Assembly: GCA_964614645.1 (NCBI GenBank)
Contig: CAZTMA010000005.1
Span: 9,450 to 73,449, forward strand
Origin: an uncultured Anaerolineales bacterium
GTDB lineage: Bacteria > Chloroflexota > Anaerolineae > CG2-30-64-16
Reading direction: 5' to 3'
DNA length: 64,000 bases
This document shows, in pieces, positions 26,317 through 36,382 of this stretch. The notes under the pieces were generated by a model. It worked only from the letters and a program-made list of their open reading frames with translations. It did not search any database and had not been told where the DNA came from. How positions within the stretch are numbered: position 1 is the stretch's first letter; each line of letters opens with the position of its first letter. The position numbers and the translations under genes were made by a program.

Positions 26317-28806
26317 TTACCGGATGACCAGCGGCAGATACAAGTGCAAGGCGTCAGATGGCGGTGACGATGTAGCGGTCACTGTAGGCGATGCCGTTGC
26401 CGTAGGAGATGGCGTGTGCGTGACCTGCGGTGACGACGTCGCCGTAGGCGTGTAAGTCACCACAGGTGACGACGTCGCCGTAGGCGACACCTCGTCCACC
26501 AGGGCCGCGTACTTCAGGTCGCGCACGGTCATGCCCATGTACGCGATGCGCGGCGCACCGGCTGCATCCAGCGCCAGCGCGGCGTACTGGCCGGCGGCCC
26601 CGGCCGCATCCACCGTTGTGATCGTCCAGCTTCCCCCCGCGCGATGCGCGTACTTCAGGACGGCGCGCGTGTCATCCAGGTAGGCCAGGTGCGGCGTGCC
26701 CGCGCCGTCGAGCGCCAGTGCACAGTAGCTGCCTGTCACCGGAGCACCTGTTTCCACCGTCTCGACCTGCCACCCTCCGGCGGTGAGATACGCGTAGCGC
26801 AGGTCGGACGTCACGCCGGACTCCTGCGTGAAGCAGAGATCCGGCGCATCCGCGGCATCCAACGCCAGCGCGTTGAACCGGCCTGCGAAAGCACCCTGCG
26901 CGACTTCCGCCCTATCCCAGGTCGTGCCGGTCCGGGTCATGTAGACGAGGGCGTCCACCTGTGCATCGTAGAAGCTCAGATGCGGTTCCGCGGCTCGGTC
27001 CAGGGCCAGCGAGAGGGCCTCGCCGGTCTGGGTCGGCCCGGCCGCGGTGTCTGCGATCCACGCGGCGCCCGTCCACACCGCAACCTTCACCGACTGGTCG
27101 CTGCCGTCGTAGTAGGCGATGTGCGGCTGGCGGCCGGCATCGAAGCGCAATGCCGGCCGCTTCGGGCCTGTGGTATCCAGCGCGCCCACGTCGCCGTCAA
27201 TCGTGGTGAGTTGCCATTGGCTGCCCGTCCACGCCGCATAGCGAAGCTGACCGGGCGTCTGCACATCCGGGTAGCGATAATAGACGATGCGAGGTTGGCC
27301 GTCCTGCAGCGCGATGGCCGTGTATGCGGGCAGGCCCGGCGTGGCGTCGACCACTTGCAGTGCCCACGTCTCGCCCGACTGCCGCGCGTAGCGCAGGCTG
27401 CCGCTCTCTGCATCGCGGTAGCTGATGTGGGCTGCGCCCCCAGCTTCGTCCCCTGCGTTGCCGCCGGCGTCCAGCGCAAGCGCGGTATACAGGCCGGTCG
27501 TGCGCGCGGTGTCGAGCGTGCGGAAGGCCCAGTTGATGCCGGGGCGGCTGGCATACACCAGCTCCAGCCCGCGGCGGTAGGTGATGTGGGGCGTGCCCGC
27601 TGCGTCCAGTGCGAGCGAGGTGTCGCGACTCTCTACGTCATCCACGACCACACGATACCATGCGCTGCCCGTCCAGCGCGCGTACTTCAGCCCGTTGTAG
27701 GCCCGGTAGCTGATGTGAGCGTAGTCCTGCCGATCCAGCCGCAGCGACGGCTCGAACCCGACCTCATGCGGAAGAACGGTGTCGACGACCTGGACGAGCC
27801 AACCGGTGCGGGTGAGCCGGGCCAGCCGCAGCTCGGCGCGGCCGCCGATATTCGTGCCGGTGTAGGCCACCTGCGGGCTGCCGCCGCTGTCCACTGCGAG
27901 GGAGCGGCCGAGCATGACACCCGCGGGGTCGACAGTCTGGGTGGTCCAGCCGCCCGCGTCGCGCTGCGCATGGCGGAGCGCACCCGTCCCGTAGACGAGG
28001 TGCGGCGTACTCTCGACTAAAGCGAGGTCCACCGCGCCGCCGGCTGCCTTCTCGACAGATTCATGCACCCAGCCGCCGGCCGCCCGGCGCGCGTAGGCGA
28101 CCGAGCCCGTCGTCGCATCCCGGTAGGCCGCATGCGCAGTGCCGGCTGCGTCGAGCGCGAAGCCCAGCGCAGCGTCGAGCGTCACGCCCGCCTGCACGGT
28201 CTCCGTGCGCCAGCCGGCGACCTCGCGCGTCGCATAGCTGACCGCGTTGCGCACGGCGTCGTAATAGAGGAAGTGGGGCGCGCCCGTCGCATCGAGTCTG
28301 AGCGCGGCGTACCGGCCTGCGCCCGGGCCGGCGTCCACGACGACCTGCTGCCAGAATATACCGTCGAACCAGGCATAGTACAGGTAGTCTCCGCCGTAGG
28401 CCACATGCGGCCAGCCCGCCGCGTCGAGAGCCAGACTGCGCGGCCCCATGTCCTCGAACCACTTGGGCGCGTCGAGGCTGCGCACGCGCCAGGCCAGCGC
28501 TGCACTACCGGCCGGGCCGGGCGACTGCGCCTGCGCAGACAGCAGCACACCGCTCAACAGGATGACCGCCGCAACGACCAAACAGGCGGCTTTCCAGGCG
28601 AAGTTGGACTTTGGATCAGACAAAGGAACCCCCAGCGGGATCACGGGCACACCCCGCAGATGGTATGGATGGGTAGGATGATACCACGAAGCTCGCGCCC
28701 GGTCAGTGAGCGCCGCGCCATTGACCCGCGCCGTAATGGCTGCAGGCGAACCTTCGGTTCGCCCGATAATCGGATGTAGCGCCGGCAGCAAAGCGCTTTC
28801 TATCAA
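26317..28806 (-). CDS. Secreted repeat protein. It has about 13 tandem ~48-aa repeats with consensus Y.ALALD..G.PHIAY.D.....L.YA...G..W....VD, likely beta-propeller-like, followed by a Pro/Thr/Ser-rich C-terminal tail.
   Basis: Regular repeat periodicity. N-terminal signal/anchor KAACLVVAAVILLSGVLLSAQAQSP. An alternative GTG start near 28650 gives a shorter pre-signal region. The plus-strand ORF 26644-28020 is rejected. Confidence 0.65.
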   Translation of the reverse strand: MIESALLPALHPIIGRTEGSPAAITARVNGAALTDRARASWYHPTHPYHLRGVPVIPLGVPLSDPKSNFAWKAACLVVAAVILLSGVLLSAQAQSPGPAGSAALAWRVRSLDAPKWFEDMGPRSLALDAAGWPHVAYGGDYLYYAWFDGIFWQQVVVDAGPGAGRYAALRLDATGAPHFLYYDAVRNAVSYATREVAGWRTETVQAGVTLDAALGFALDAAGTAHAAYRDATTGSVAYARRAAGGWVHESVEKAAGGAVDLALVESTPHLVYGTGALRHAQRDAGGWTTQTVDPAGVMLGRSLAVDSGGSPQVAYTGTNIGGRAELRLARLTRTGWLVQVVDTVLPHEVGFEPSLRLDRQDYAHISYRAYNGLKYARWTGSAWYRVVVDDVESRDTSLALDAAGTPHITYRRGLELVYASRPGINWAFRTLDTARTTGLYTALALDAGGNAGDEAGGAAHISYRDAESGSLRYARQSGETWALQVVDATPGLPAYTAIALQDGQPRIVYYRYPDVQTPGQLRYAAWTGSQWQLTTIDGDVGALDTTGPKRPALRFDAGRQPHIAYYDGSDQSVKVAVWTGAAWIADTAAGPTQTGEALSLALDRAAEPHLSFYDAQVDALVYMTRTGTTWDRAEVAQGAFAGRFNALALDAADAPDLCFTQESGVTSDLRYAYLTAGGWQVETVETGAPVTGSYCALALDGAGTPHLAYLDDTRAVLKYAHRAGGSWTITTVDAAGAAGQYAALALDAAGAPRIAYMGMTVRDLKYAALVDEVSPTATSSPVVTYTPTATSSPQVTHTPSPTATASPTVTATSSPPSDALHLYLPLVIR

Positions 28807-28825
28807 ACGAACGCCCGTCTAATTC

Positions 28826-28854
28826 TTGCTGTCACATGGGCTGTATGGTATACT
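28826..28854 (+). promoter_or_regulatory. Sigma70-like promoter upstream of rpsB.
   Basis: -35 TTGCTG, 17-bp spacer, -10 TATACT (28849-28854). Confidence 0.45.
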
Positions 28855-29002
28855 CACACGTCGGGCCGGTAGCTAGACCACTGGCCCAATTATACACGCC
28901 TGCGTTCCAACTGGCCGTGCCCCAAGCACATGCACCGCATGTGCCCGGGTCCCAGGGAATCACGCAGGCGGAAGATCAAACGGAAAGGGAGAACCACATA
29001 CC

Positions 29003-30034
29003 GTGTCAGTCATTTCCATGAAGCAGCTGTTGGAAGCGGGCGTCCACTTTGGGCACCGCACGCGGCGTTGGCATCCGAAGATGCGCACGTTCATCTTCAC
29101 CGAGCGCAACGGCATTCACATCATCGACCTCCAGCAGACCATGCGGCAGGTCAACAACGCCTATACCGTCGTCCGTGACACCGTGCGAGAGGGCGGACTG
29201 GTGCTGTTCGTCGGCACCAAGAAGCAGGCGCAAGAAACCATCCGGCAGGAAGCCGAGCGTGCGGGCATGCCCTTCATCGTGCAGCGGTGGCTGGGCGGCA
29301 CGCTGACCAACTTCCGCACCATTCGCCTGCGCACCGAGTACATGCAGGAACTGGAGCGCCGCGAGGCCCGCGGCGAGCTGGACCGCCTGCCCAAAAAGGA
29401 AGCCCTGCTGCTGCGCAATGAGCTGCAACGTCTGAACACCCGCATCGGCGGCCTGCGTAACATGACGCACCTGCCCGACATGATCTTCATCGTCGACGTG
29501 ATGCGTGAGTCGCTGGCGGTCACCGAGGCCAACAAGCTGAATATCCCGATTGTCGCGATGGTCGATACCAACTGCGACCCGGACCCGATCACTTACCCCA
29601 TTCCGTCGAACGACGACGCCATCCGCGCCATCAAGCTGATGGCCGGCAAGATGGCCGACGCCGTGATCGAGGGGTTGCAGATGCGCACGATCGACGAGGC
29701 CGATCGCGGCGCGGCTGCGGCTGCGGACTATGAGCCGGATGAACTGGCCGACGAGAAGCCGACCTATGTATCCGTGCAGGATATGATGGAACAGGACACC
29801 CCGGAAGGCGAGCCCGAGGAATACCTTGGCCCGTCCGTACTGGCACGCCTGGCCCAGGGTCTTGACGAGGAAGCCGTCCCCGCAGCGACCGAGAGCACTG
29901 AACCGGCCACACCTGAACCGGTCGCCACTGAACCGGCCGTAACTGAACCGGCCACACCTGAACCGGCCGCCACTGAATCGGCCGTAACTGAACCGGCCGA
30001 ACCCGCAGCGACCGACGCGGAAGAAGTGAACTAA
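29003..30034 (+). CDS. rpsB: 30S ribosomal protein S2 with a ~90-aa low-complexity C-terminal extension containing tandem (T/V)EPA-type repeats.
   Basis: GTG start. [27 protein letters not shown] matches the S2 N-terminus. RBS AAAGGGAG. Confidence 0.9.
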   Translation: MSVISMKQLLEAGVHFGHRTRRWHPKMRTFIFTERNGIHIIDLQQTMRQVNNAYTVVRDTVREGGLVLFVGTKKQAQETIRQEAERAGMPFIVQRWLGGTLTNFRTIRLRTEYMQELERREARGELDRLPKKEALLLRNELQRLNTRIGGLRNMTHLPDMIFIVDVMRESLAVTEANKLNIPIVAMVDTNCDPDPITYPIPSNDDAIRAIKLMAGKMADAVIEGLQMRTIDEADRGAAAAADYEPDELADEKPTYVSVQDMMEQDTPEGEPEEYLGPSVLARLAQGLDEEAVPAATESTEPATPEPVATEPAVTEPATPEPAATESAVTEPAEPAATDAEEVN

Positions 30035-30044
30035 GGAGTTCAGC

Positions 30045-30635
30045 GTGGAAATCACCGCAGCCATGGTTAAGGACCTGCGCGCGCTCAGCGGCGCAGGGGT
30101 TTTGGAATGCCGTAAAGCGCTGGAAACGGCAGGGGGCGACCTCAACAAGGCAGCCGAGCTGTTGCGCGAGAAGGGCATGGCCGTTGCGGCCAAGAAAGCC
30201 AGCCGCGAGGCCCGCGAAGGGCTGATCGGCCATTACATTCACATGGGCAGCAAGGTCGCCGGGCTGGTCGAGGTCAACTGCGAGTCCGACTTCGTGGCCC
30301 GCACCGAGCAGTTCCAGGCGCTCTGCAAGGACCTGGCAATGCAGGTTGTGGCCGCCCGGCCCACCTACGTACGCATCGAGGACATCCCGGCAGACGTGGC
30401 CGAACAACAGCGGACGCAGTTCCGCTCCGAGGTCGATGCCAGCAAGCCGGCCGAGGTTGCTGAGCGCATCATCGAAGGCAAGATGGCGAAGTTCTACGAG
30501 GAAAACGTCTTGCTCGAGCAGCCGTTCATCAAGGATGAAGGCGTACGCATCAAGGACCTGATTACGCAGACGATTGCGAAGCTGGGCGAAAACATTGTCG
30601 TCCGGCGCTTCAGCCGCTTCGAAGTCGGCGGCTGA
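30045..30635 (+). CDS. tsf: Elongation factor Ts, short form.
   Basis: GTG start after AAGGAG. UBA-like N-terminus [24 protein letters not shown]. Confidence 0.9.
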   Translation: MEITAAMVKDLRALSGAGVLECRKALETAGGDLNKAAELLREKGMAVAAKKASREAREGLIGHYIHMGSKVAGLVEVNCESDFVARTEQFQALCKDLAMQVVAARPTYVRIEDIPADVAEQQRTQFRSEVDASKPAEVAERIIEGKMAKFYEENVLLEQPFIKDEGVRIKDLITQTIAKLGENIVVRRFSRFEVGG

Positions 30636-30641
30636 GCCGGC

Positions 30642-31358
30642 ATGAGTGCTCTCCGCTATCGCCGCATTTTGCTGAAGTTGGGGGGCGAGGCCCTGGCCGG
30701 CGAGGGTGGTTTTGGCATTGATCCCAATCAAGCCAACATCGTCGCCGGCAAGATTCGCCGCCTGCTGGACATGGGCGCAGAAGTCGCGGTCGTCATCGGT
30801 GCGGGGAACCTCTGGCGCGGGAAAGACGGCCAGGAACACGGCATGGAGCATGTCACCGCCGACCACATGGGCATGTTGGCGACGGTGATGAATGCCCTGG
30901 CCCTGGCCGACGCCCTGCGTCGCTTCGGCATCGAACCGCGCGTGATGACAGCCATCGGAATGCAGAGCGTAGCCGAGCCATACATCCGCGGTCGGGCCAT
31001 CCGGCATCTGGAAAAGGGCTACGTCATCCTGCTGGCCGCGGGTACGGGCAATCCGTACTTCACCACTGATACGGCCGCCGCGTTGCGCGCCATGGAAATC
31101 CACGCGGAAGTCGTCATCAAGGCGACCAAAGTGGATGGCGTCTACGACAAAGATCCTAAGCGCAACCCGGATGCCAAGCGATTTGAGCGTCTCACCTACA
31201 TCCAGGCCCTCAACATGCGCGTCGGTGTCATGGATAACACTGCGCTAACGCTGTGCATGGACAATGAGATGCCGATTATAGTGCTCGACCTCTGGCAGCC
31301 GGGCGCTGTCGAGCAAGCTGTGCTCGGTGAGACGGTCGGGACGCTGGTCAGCGCGTGA
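30642..31358 (+). CDS. pyrH: UMP kinase.
   Basis: [11 protein letters not shown]...[11 protein letters not shown] motifs. Confidence 0.9.
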   Translation: MSALRYRRILLKLGGEALAGEGGFGIDPNQANIVAGKIRRLLDMGAEVAVVIGAGNLWRGKDGQEHGMEHVTADHMGMLATVMNALALADALRRFGIEPRVMTAIGMQSVAEPYIRGRAIRHLEKGYVILLAAGTGNPYFTTDTAAALRAMEIHAEVVIKATKVDGVYDKDPKRNPDAKRFERLTYIQALNMRVGVMDNTALTLCMDNEMPIIVLDLWQPGAVEQAVLGETVGTLVSA

Positions 31359-31384
31359 TCATCAACTAGGAAAAGGAGTGTCTC

Positions 31385-31942
31385 GTGATCAAAGATGTTC
31401 TGCAAGATGCTCGCGAGCGTATGCACAAGACCGTTGAGTCCCTGCAGAACGATCTGCGGGGCATCCGCACCGGCCGCGCCTCGCCCGCCTTACTCGAAGG
31501 GGTCAAGGTGGACTACTATGGCACGCCGACCGGCCTGAACCAACTGGCCGGCGTCACTGCCCCGGAGCCGCGGCTGCTCGTCATCCGCCCCTGGGATCGC
31601 TCGACTATCAGCGTCATCGAGAAGGCCATCCTGAAGTCGGACTTGGGTCTTAACCCCAATAATGACGGCCAGGTCATCCGGCTGGTCATCCCGCAACTGA
31701 CGGAAGAACGCCGCCGCGACCTGAGCAAACAGGTTGCGAAACGGGTCGAGGAGGCGCGCATTTCCGTGCGCAACATCCGCCGTGACGCCATCGATATGCT
31801 GCGCGACCTCGAAAAGGAGAAGCTGATCAGCGAAGATGACGAGGAAGAAGGCAGCAAGAAGGTGCAGGACTTGACCGACGACTTCATTAAGCAGGTCAAC
31901 GAAGTCGGCAAGGCCAAAGAGGCCGAAATCCTCGAAGGATGA
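31385..31942 (+). CDS. frr: Ribosome recycling factor.
   Basis: 185 aa. GTG start after AAAAGGAG. Confidence 0.9.
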   Translation: MIKDVLQDARERMHKTVESLQNDLRGIRTGRASPALLEGVKVDYYGTPTGLNQLAGVTAPEPRLLVIRPWDRSTISVIEKAILKSDLGLNPNNDGQVIRLVIPQLTEERRRDLSKQVAKRVEEARISVRNIRRDAIDMLRDLEKEKLISEDDEEEGSKKVQDLTDDFIKQVNEVGKAKEAEILEG

Positions 31943-32095
31943 CGCGAGAAACGATGGACCGACACAACCAGCCCAGGTACAACTAACCTGAAGCTGGAGG
32001 ATGACTGCGCCCTTCAAAAAAAGCAGAACCGATCTTCTGCGTGGTCCGTCTATTTCGTGGTTGCACTTAGGCGTTGCGCAGTCTGAAAGGCCCTT

Positions 32096-32842
32096 ATGCC
32101 GAGCCCAACCTGGCGTGAACGTTACCCGGAAGTCACGCGCGTCCCCTACCACGTGGGCATCATCATGGATGGCAACGGCCGGTGGGCGCAGAGCCGCGGG
32201 CAGCCCCGGCTGGCAGGCCACAAGGCCGGCACGGAAAACATCCGCCGCGTCCTGCGTGCGGCGACCGACTTCGGCATCAAAGCCCTCACCATCTACGCCT
32301 TCTCCACGGAAAATTGGGGCCGCCCGGCCGACGAAGTCGCGGGGCTGATGAGCCTGCTGGGACAGGTTATCCGTCGCGAGACGCGGGACCTGCACGCCAA
32401 CGGGGTGCGCATCCTCCATAGCGGCCGGCTGGAAGGGATTGCGCCCAATCTCGTGCGCGATATCCAGGATGCGATCGCCATGACGCGCGACAACGACCGC
32501 ATCACGCTCAATGTGGCCTTCAACTACGGGGGCCGCGCCGAAATCGTGGACGCCGTCCGCCACATCATGCGAGACGGTCACACGCCCGAGGAAGTGACCG
32601 AGGAACTCATCTCGCACTACCTGTACACCGGTGGCCTGCCCGACGCCGACCTGATTGTGCGCACGGGCGGGGAGTATCGCCTCAGCAACTTCCTGCTGTG
32701 GCAATCCGCATACGCGGAATACTATGCTACACCGACCTTCTGGCCCGATTTCGATGAAGGCGAGCTGGCCGCGGCACTGGTCGAGTATAGCCAACGCGAG
32801 CGCCGGTTCGGCAAAGTCCCCTCCGCTGACACAACTCAATAA
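32096..32842 (+). CDS. uppS: Undecaprenyl-diphosphate synthase.
   Basis: [13 protein letters not shown]...FSTENW motifs. Confidence 0.9.
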   Translation: MPSPTWRERYPEVTRVPYHVGIIMDGNGRWAQSRGQPRLAGHKAGTENIRRVLRAATDFGIKALTIYAFSTENWGRPADEVAGLMSLLGQVIRRETRDLHANGVRILHSGRLEGIAPNLVRDIQDAIAMTRDNDRITLNVAFNYGGRAEIVDAVRHIMRDGHTPEEVTEELISHYLYTGGLPDADLIVRTGGEYRLSNFLLWQSAYAEYYATPTFWPDFDEGELAAALVEYSQRERRFGKVPSADTTQ

Positions 32843-32864
32843 CCCCATTCGCCCGGAGACAGCC

Positions 32865-33671
32865 ATGCTGCGCGCGCGCGTCTTGAGCGCCATCATCGTG
32901 GTTCCCGTAGTCGCCCTGGTTCTCTATTGGGGCGACCTGCCCTGGCTCGGCATCATCCTCGTGACCGGTGCCTTGGCCTGGCTAGAGATGAACGGGCTGT
33001 TGCGCCGCCCGGCGTGGTCAGCCGATCGCCTCCTCAGCCTGGCATTCATCGTTGCTGCCCTGCTGGAAGCCTATTTCCGCCAGAGCGGTCACCTGCGCAT
33101 GGACCTCTTTCGCCCGCTGGTGGCGGCGCTGCTCATACTGGGGCTGGTAGCCGCCCTCTATGACAAAGCGGACCAGCCGGTGCAGCAGTGGGCCATGAAC
33201 ACTGCATCTTCCCTCTATCTCGGGTTCCTGCTCAGCCATTTCGTCACCCTGCGCCTCCTGCCGGATGGCCTGCGCTGGGCCCTGGCCGGGCTGCTGCTCA
33301 CCTGGATCTATGACGCGGCGGCCTATTTTGTCGGCAGCATGCTGGGCAGGCACAAGCTGTGGCCGCGGATCAGCCCCAAAAAATCATGGGAAGGTCTGGC
33401 CGGCGGCACGTTCGCCATCCTCATCGTGGGGCCGTTGCTCGGTCTGTGGTTGCTGGATATTGGCCCGACACGCGGGCTGCTGTTGGCCGCGCTGGTTGCA
33501 CTGGCCGCACCCTTCGGTGACTTTGCTATCTCGCTCCTCAAGCGGACAGCCCAGGCGAAGGACAGCGGCCATCTGATTCCCGGTCACGGCGGTGTCCTCG
33601 ACCGGCTCGATAGCCTGCTCTTCACCTTTCCGGTGGTCACTTATTTCGCAATCTTCAGCCTCGGGGGGTAA
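32865..33671 (+). CDS. cdsA: Phosphatidate cytidylyltransferase.
   Basis: C-terminal signature SLLKRTAQAKDSGHLIPGHGGVLDRLDS. Confidence 0.85.
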   Translation: MLRARVLSAIIVVPVVALVLYWGDLPWLGIILVTGALAWLEMNGLLRRPAWSADRLLSLAFIVAALLEAYFRQSGHLRMDLFRPLVAALLILGLVAALYDKADQPVQQWAMNTASSLYLGFLLSHFVTLRLLPDGLRWALAGLLLTWIYDAAAYFVGSMLGRHKLWPRISPKKSWEGLAGGTFAILIVGPLLGLWLLDIGPTRGLLLAALVALAAPFGDFAISLLKRTAQAKDSGHLIPGHGGVLDRLDSLLFTFPVVTYFAIFSLGG

Positions 33672-33674
33672 ATC

Positions 33675-35207
33675 GTGACTCAAGCCAAATCGGCTCGCCG
33701 CATCGTCAATTCCTGGGTGATGTACGACTGGGCCAACTCGGCCTTTGCGACCACGGCGATGGCTGCAGTACTGCCGGTGTTCTTCAGCACGGTTGCCGCC
33801 AAAGGCGTGCTGACGCCCGTGCAGGCGAGCAGCACTTGGGGGGTCATCAACACCATCGGCATGTTGCTCGTGGCCGTAGCCGCGCCGGTGTTGGGGGCCA
33901 TTGCCGATTACAGCGGTTCCAAGAAGCGTTTTCTCGCTGCATTCGCCATGCCCGGCATCCTGGCCGCCGCGCTGATGGTTTTCATCGGCACCGGCAACTG
34001 GTTGCTGGCCGCGGTGCTCTACATTATCGGTGAAATCGGCTTCTCCGGCTCCATCATCTTCTACGATTCGCTGCTGCCCCACATCGCCAGGTCAGACGAA
34101 ATCGACATGGTCTCGGCGCGCGGGTATGCGATGGGCTATCTGGGCGGCGGGATTCTGCTGGCGATCAACGTGCTGATGATCCAGATGCCCGACGTGCTGG
34201 GCATCACGGCCCTGGGTGCGCGTTTCGGTATCGGCGGCACGGAGATGGCGACCCGGCTCAGCCTGTTCAGTGTCGGCGTATGGTGGGCCATCTTCTCGAT
34301 TCCACTCTTCCGCAATGTGCCGGAGCCACCGGGCACGCGGCTGCAGGCGGAGCGGCCGGGCAACCCGGTGCGCGGCGGCTTTGCGCGGCTGGTCACAACC
34401 TTCCGGGAGCTGCGCCTCTATCGCCAGTTGCTCGTCTTCATCATCGCCTTCTGGATCTATAACGACGGCATCGGCACCATCATCAAAATGGCGACCATCT
34501 ACGGCGCGGAAATCGGCATCGGGCAGACCGACCTGATCGGCGCGCTCCTGTTGACGCAGTTCGTCGGCATCCCGTTCTCGCTGCTGTTTGGCCGGCTGCC
34601 GCGGCGCGAAGACCCCAACCAGGCCTTTTTCCTGAGCATGGTGCTCTACAATGCGTTCACCATCCCCCTCATCGGCATCCTGGCCCCGCGGTTCGGCGTC
34701 ACGAGCGGTCCGGTGGCAGTGGGCATCGTGCTGGTCAATCAAGTCGTGGCCTTCCTGCTGGCCCATTTCGTAGGACGGCGGCTGCTGGCCGGCGTCGCGC
34801 AGCGCATCAACGCCAAGAATGCCATCCTGGTCGCCCTGGGCGTCTACTGCCTGGTGTCTATCTGGGGTTATTTCATGGCGACGGCGGTCGAGTTCTGGCT
34901 GCTGGCCGTGATGGTTGGGCTGGTGCAGGGTGGCAGCCAGGCATTGAGCCGCTCCCTGTTCGGCAACATGGTTCCGAAGGCGCAGACCGCGGAGTTCTTC
35001 GGCTTCTACGACATGAGCTCGAAGTTCGCAGGGCTGCTCGGCCCGCTGCTTTTCGCGTTGGTGGGCCAGGCCTTCGGCAGCAGCCGCCTGAGCATCGTCT
35101 CGCTGATTGTCTTTTTCATCGTCGGCGGGCTGATCCTGAGCCGGGTGAACGAAGAAGAGGGAATGGCAGTTGCCCGTGCAGTGGATGCCCGGACTGTGAC
35201 GGAGTGA
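33675..35207 (+). CDS. MFS transporter of the UMF1/Atg22-like family.
   Basis: GTG start. 12 transmembrane segments. N-terminal VNSWVMYDWANSAF motif. Confidence 0.7.
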   Translation: MTQAKSARRIVNSWVMYDWANSAFATTAMAAVLPVFFSTVAAKGVLTPVQASSTWGVINTIGMLLVAVAAPVLGAIADYSGSKKRFLAAFAMPGILAAALMVFIGTGNWLLAAVLYIIGEIGFSGSIIFYDSLLPHIARSDEIDMVSARGYAMGYLGGGILLAINVLMIQMPDVLGITALGARFGIGGTEMATRLSLFSVGVWWAIFSIPLFRNVPEPPGTRLQAERPGNPVRGGFARLVTTFRELRLYRQLLVFIIAFWIYNDGIGTIIKMATIYGAEIGIGQTDLIGALLLTQFVGIPFSLLFGRLPRREDPNQAFFLSMVLYNAFTIPLIGILAPRFGVTSGPVAVGIVLVNQVVAFLLAHFVGRRLLAGVAQRINAKNAILVALGVYCLVSIWGYFMATAVEFWLLAVMVGLVQGGSQALSRSLFGNMVPKAQTAEFFGFYDMSSKFAGLLGPLLFALVGQAFGSSRLSIVSLIVFFIVGGLILSRVNEEEGMAVARAVDARTVTE

Positions 35208-35373
35208 GGAGCAGGTTCGTCGTAGGCGCTTCAGCGCCCGCGCGGGATGAGGCGCTCAAGCGCCCACTACGAACCCGGGTGCTAAAGGCGGAGTAGGCCA
35301 CAGAGCTGCGGCATGTTACAATAGCGCCTGTGTTTTTGACGCAGAAGATGTATCGAGTCGGAGGAGGTTCCAG

Positions 35374-36360
35374 ATGGCAGAGCTGCCCGAGCGGAATCTG
35401 GCATTGGATCTAGTGCGCGTGACCGAGGCGGCTGCGCTGGCCGCCGGTCGCTGGATGGGCCGCGGGGACAAGATTGCGGCAGACCAGGCCGCGGTGGATG
35501 CCATGCGCCTCGTATTGAACGAAGTTGAAATGGATGGCGTCATAGTTATCGGGGAGGGCGAGAAAGACGAAGCGCCCATGCTCTACAACGGCGAACACCT
35601 GGGGACCGGCAATCCGCCGGAGGTGGACATCGCAGTAGACCCGATCGATGGAACCACGCTCACCGCCACGGGCCGCTCCGGTGCATTGGCCGTGGTGGCG
35701 CTTGCCCCGCGCGGCACCATGTATGCGCCGGGCAGCCTGTTTTACATGAACAAAATCGCGGTCGGCCCCAAGGCGGCGGACGTAATCGACATCAATGCGC
35801 CGGTGGCCACCAATCTGCAGGCTATTGCGCAGGCCAAGCACCGCGACGTAGATGACTTGACCGTGCTGATTCTCGACCGGCCGCGCCATGTGGGCTTGAT
35901 TCGCGAAATCCGGCAGACCGGCGCGCGCATCCGGCTGATTGCAGACGGGGACATTTCCGCGGCCATCAGCGCCAGCACGCCAGACACGGGCGTCGATGCG
36001 CTGTTCGGCATCGGCGGCTCGCCCGAGGCGGTTATCACCGCAGCGGCGATTCAGTGTCTCGGCGGCGCACTCCAGTGCAAGCTCTGGCCGCGCAACGATG
36101 ACGAGCGGCGGCTGGCGCAGGAGCAGGGGCTAGAGTTGGACCGCGTGCTGACGCACTGCGACCTGATTGACAGCGACAACGTCTTCTTCGCCGCGACCGG
36201 CATCACCCGCGGTGAGTTGCTGGACGGCGTCCAGTATTTCGGGGGCGGGGCACGGACCACGAGCATCGTGATGCGCTCCAAGTCCGGGACCATACGCCAG
36301 GTCGTCGCGACCCATCGCTGGGACAAGCTGATGCGGTTCAGCCAGATTAAGTTTGACTAA
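35374..36360 (+). CDS. glpX: Fructose-1,6-bisphosphatase class II.
   Basis: GlpX family sequence throughout, including VDPIDGTT. Confidence 0.9.
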   Translation: MAELPERNLALDLVRVTEAAALAAGRWMGRGDKIAADQAAVDAMRLVLNEVEMDGVIVIGEGEKDEAPMLYNGEHLGTGNPPEVDIAVDPIDGTTLTATGRSGALAVVALAPRGTMYAPGSLFYMNKIAVGPKAADVIDINAPVATNLQAIAQAKHRDVDDLTVLILDRPRHVGLIREIRQTGARIRLIADGDISAAISASTPDTGVDALFGIGGSPEAVITAAAIQCLGGALQCKLWPRNDDERRLAQEQGLELDRVLTHCDLIDSDNVFFAATGITRGELLDGVQYFGGGARTTSIVMRSKSGTIRQVVATHRWDKLMRFSQIKFD

Positions 36361-36382
36361 AATCCAGACAGACCAGAGTTGC

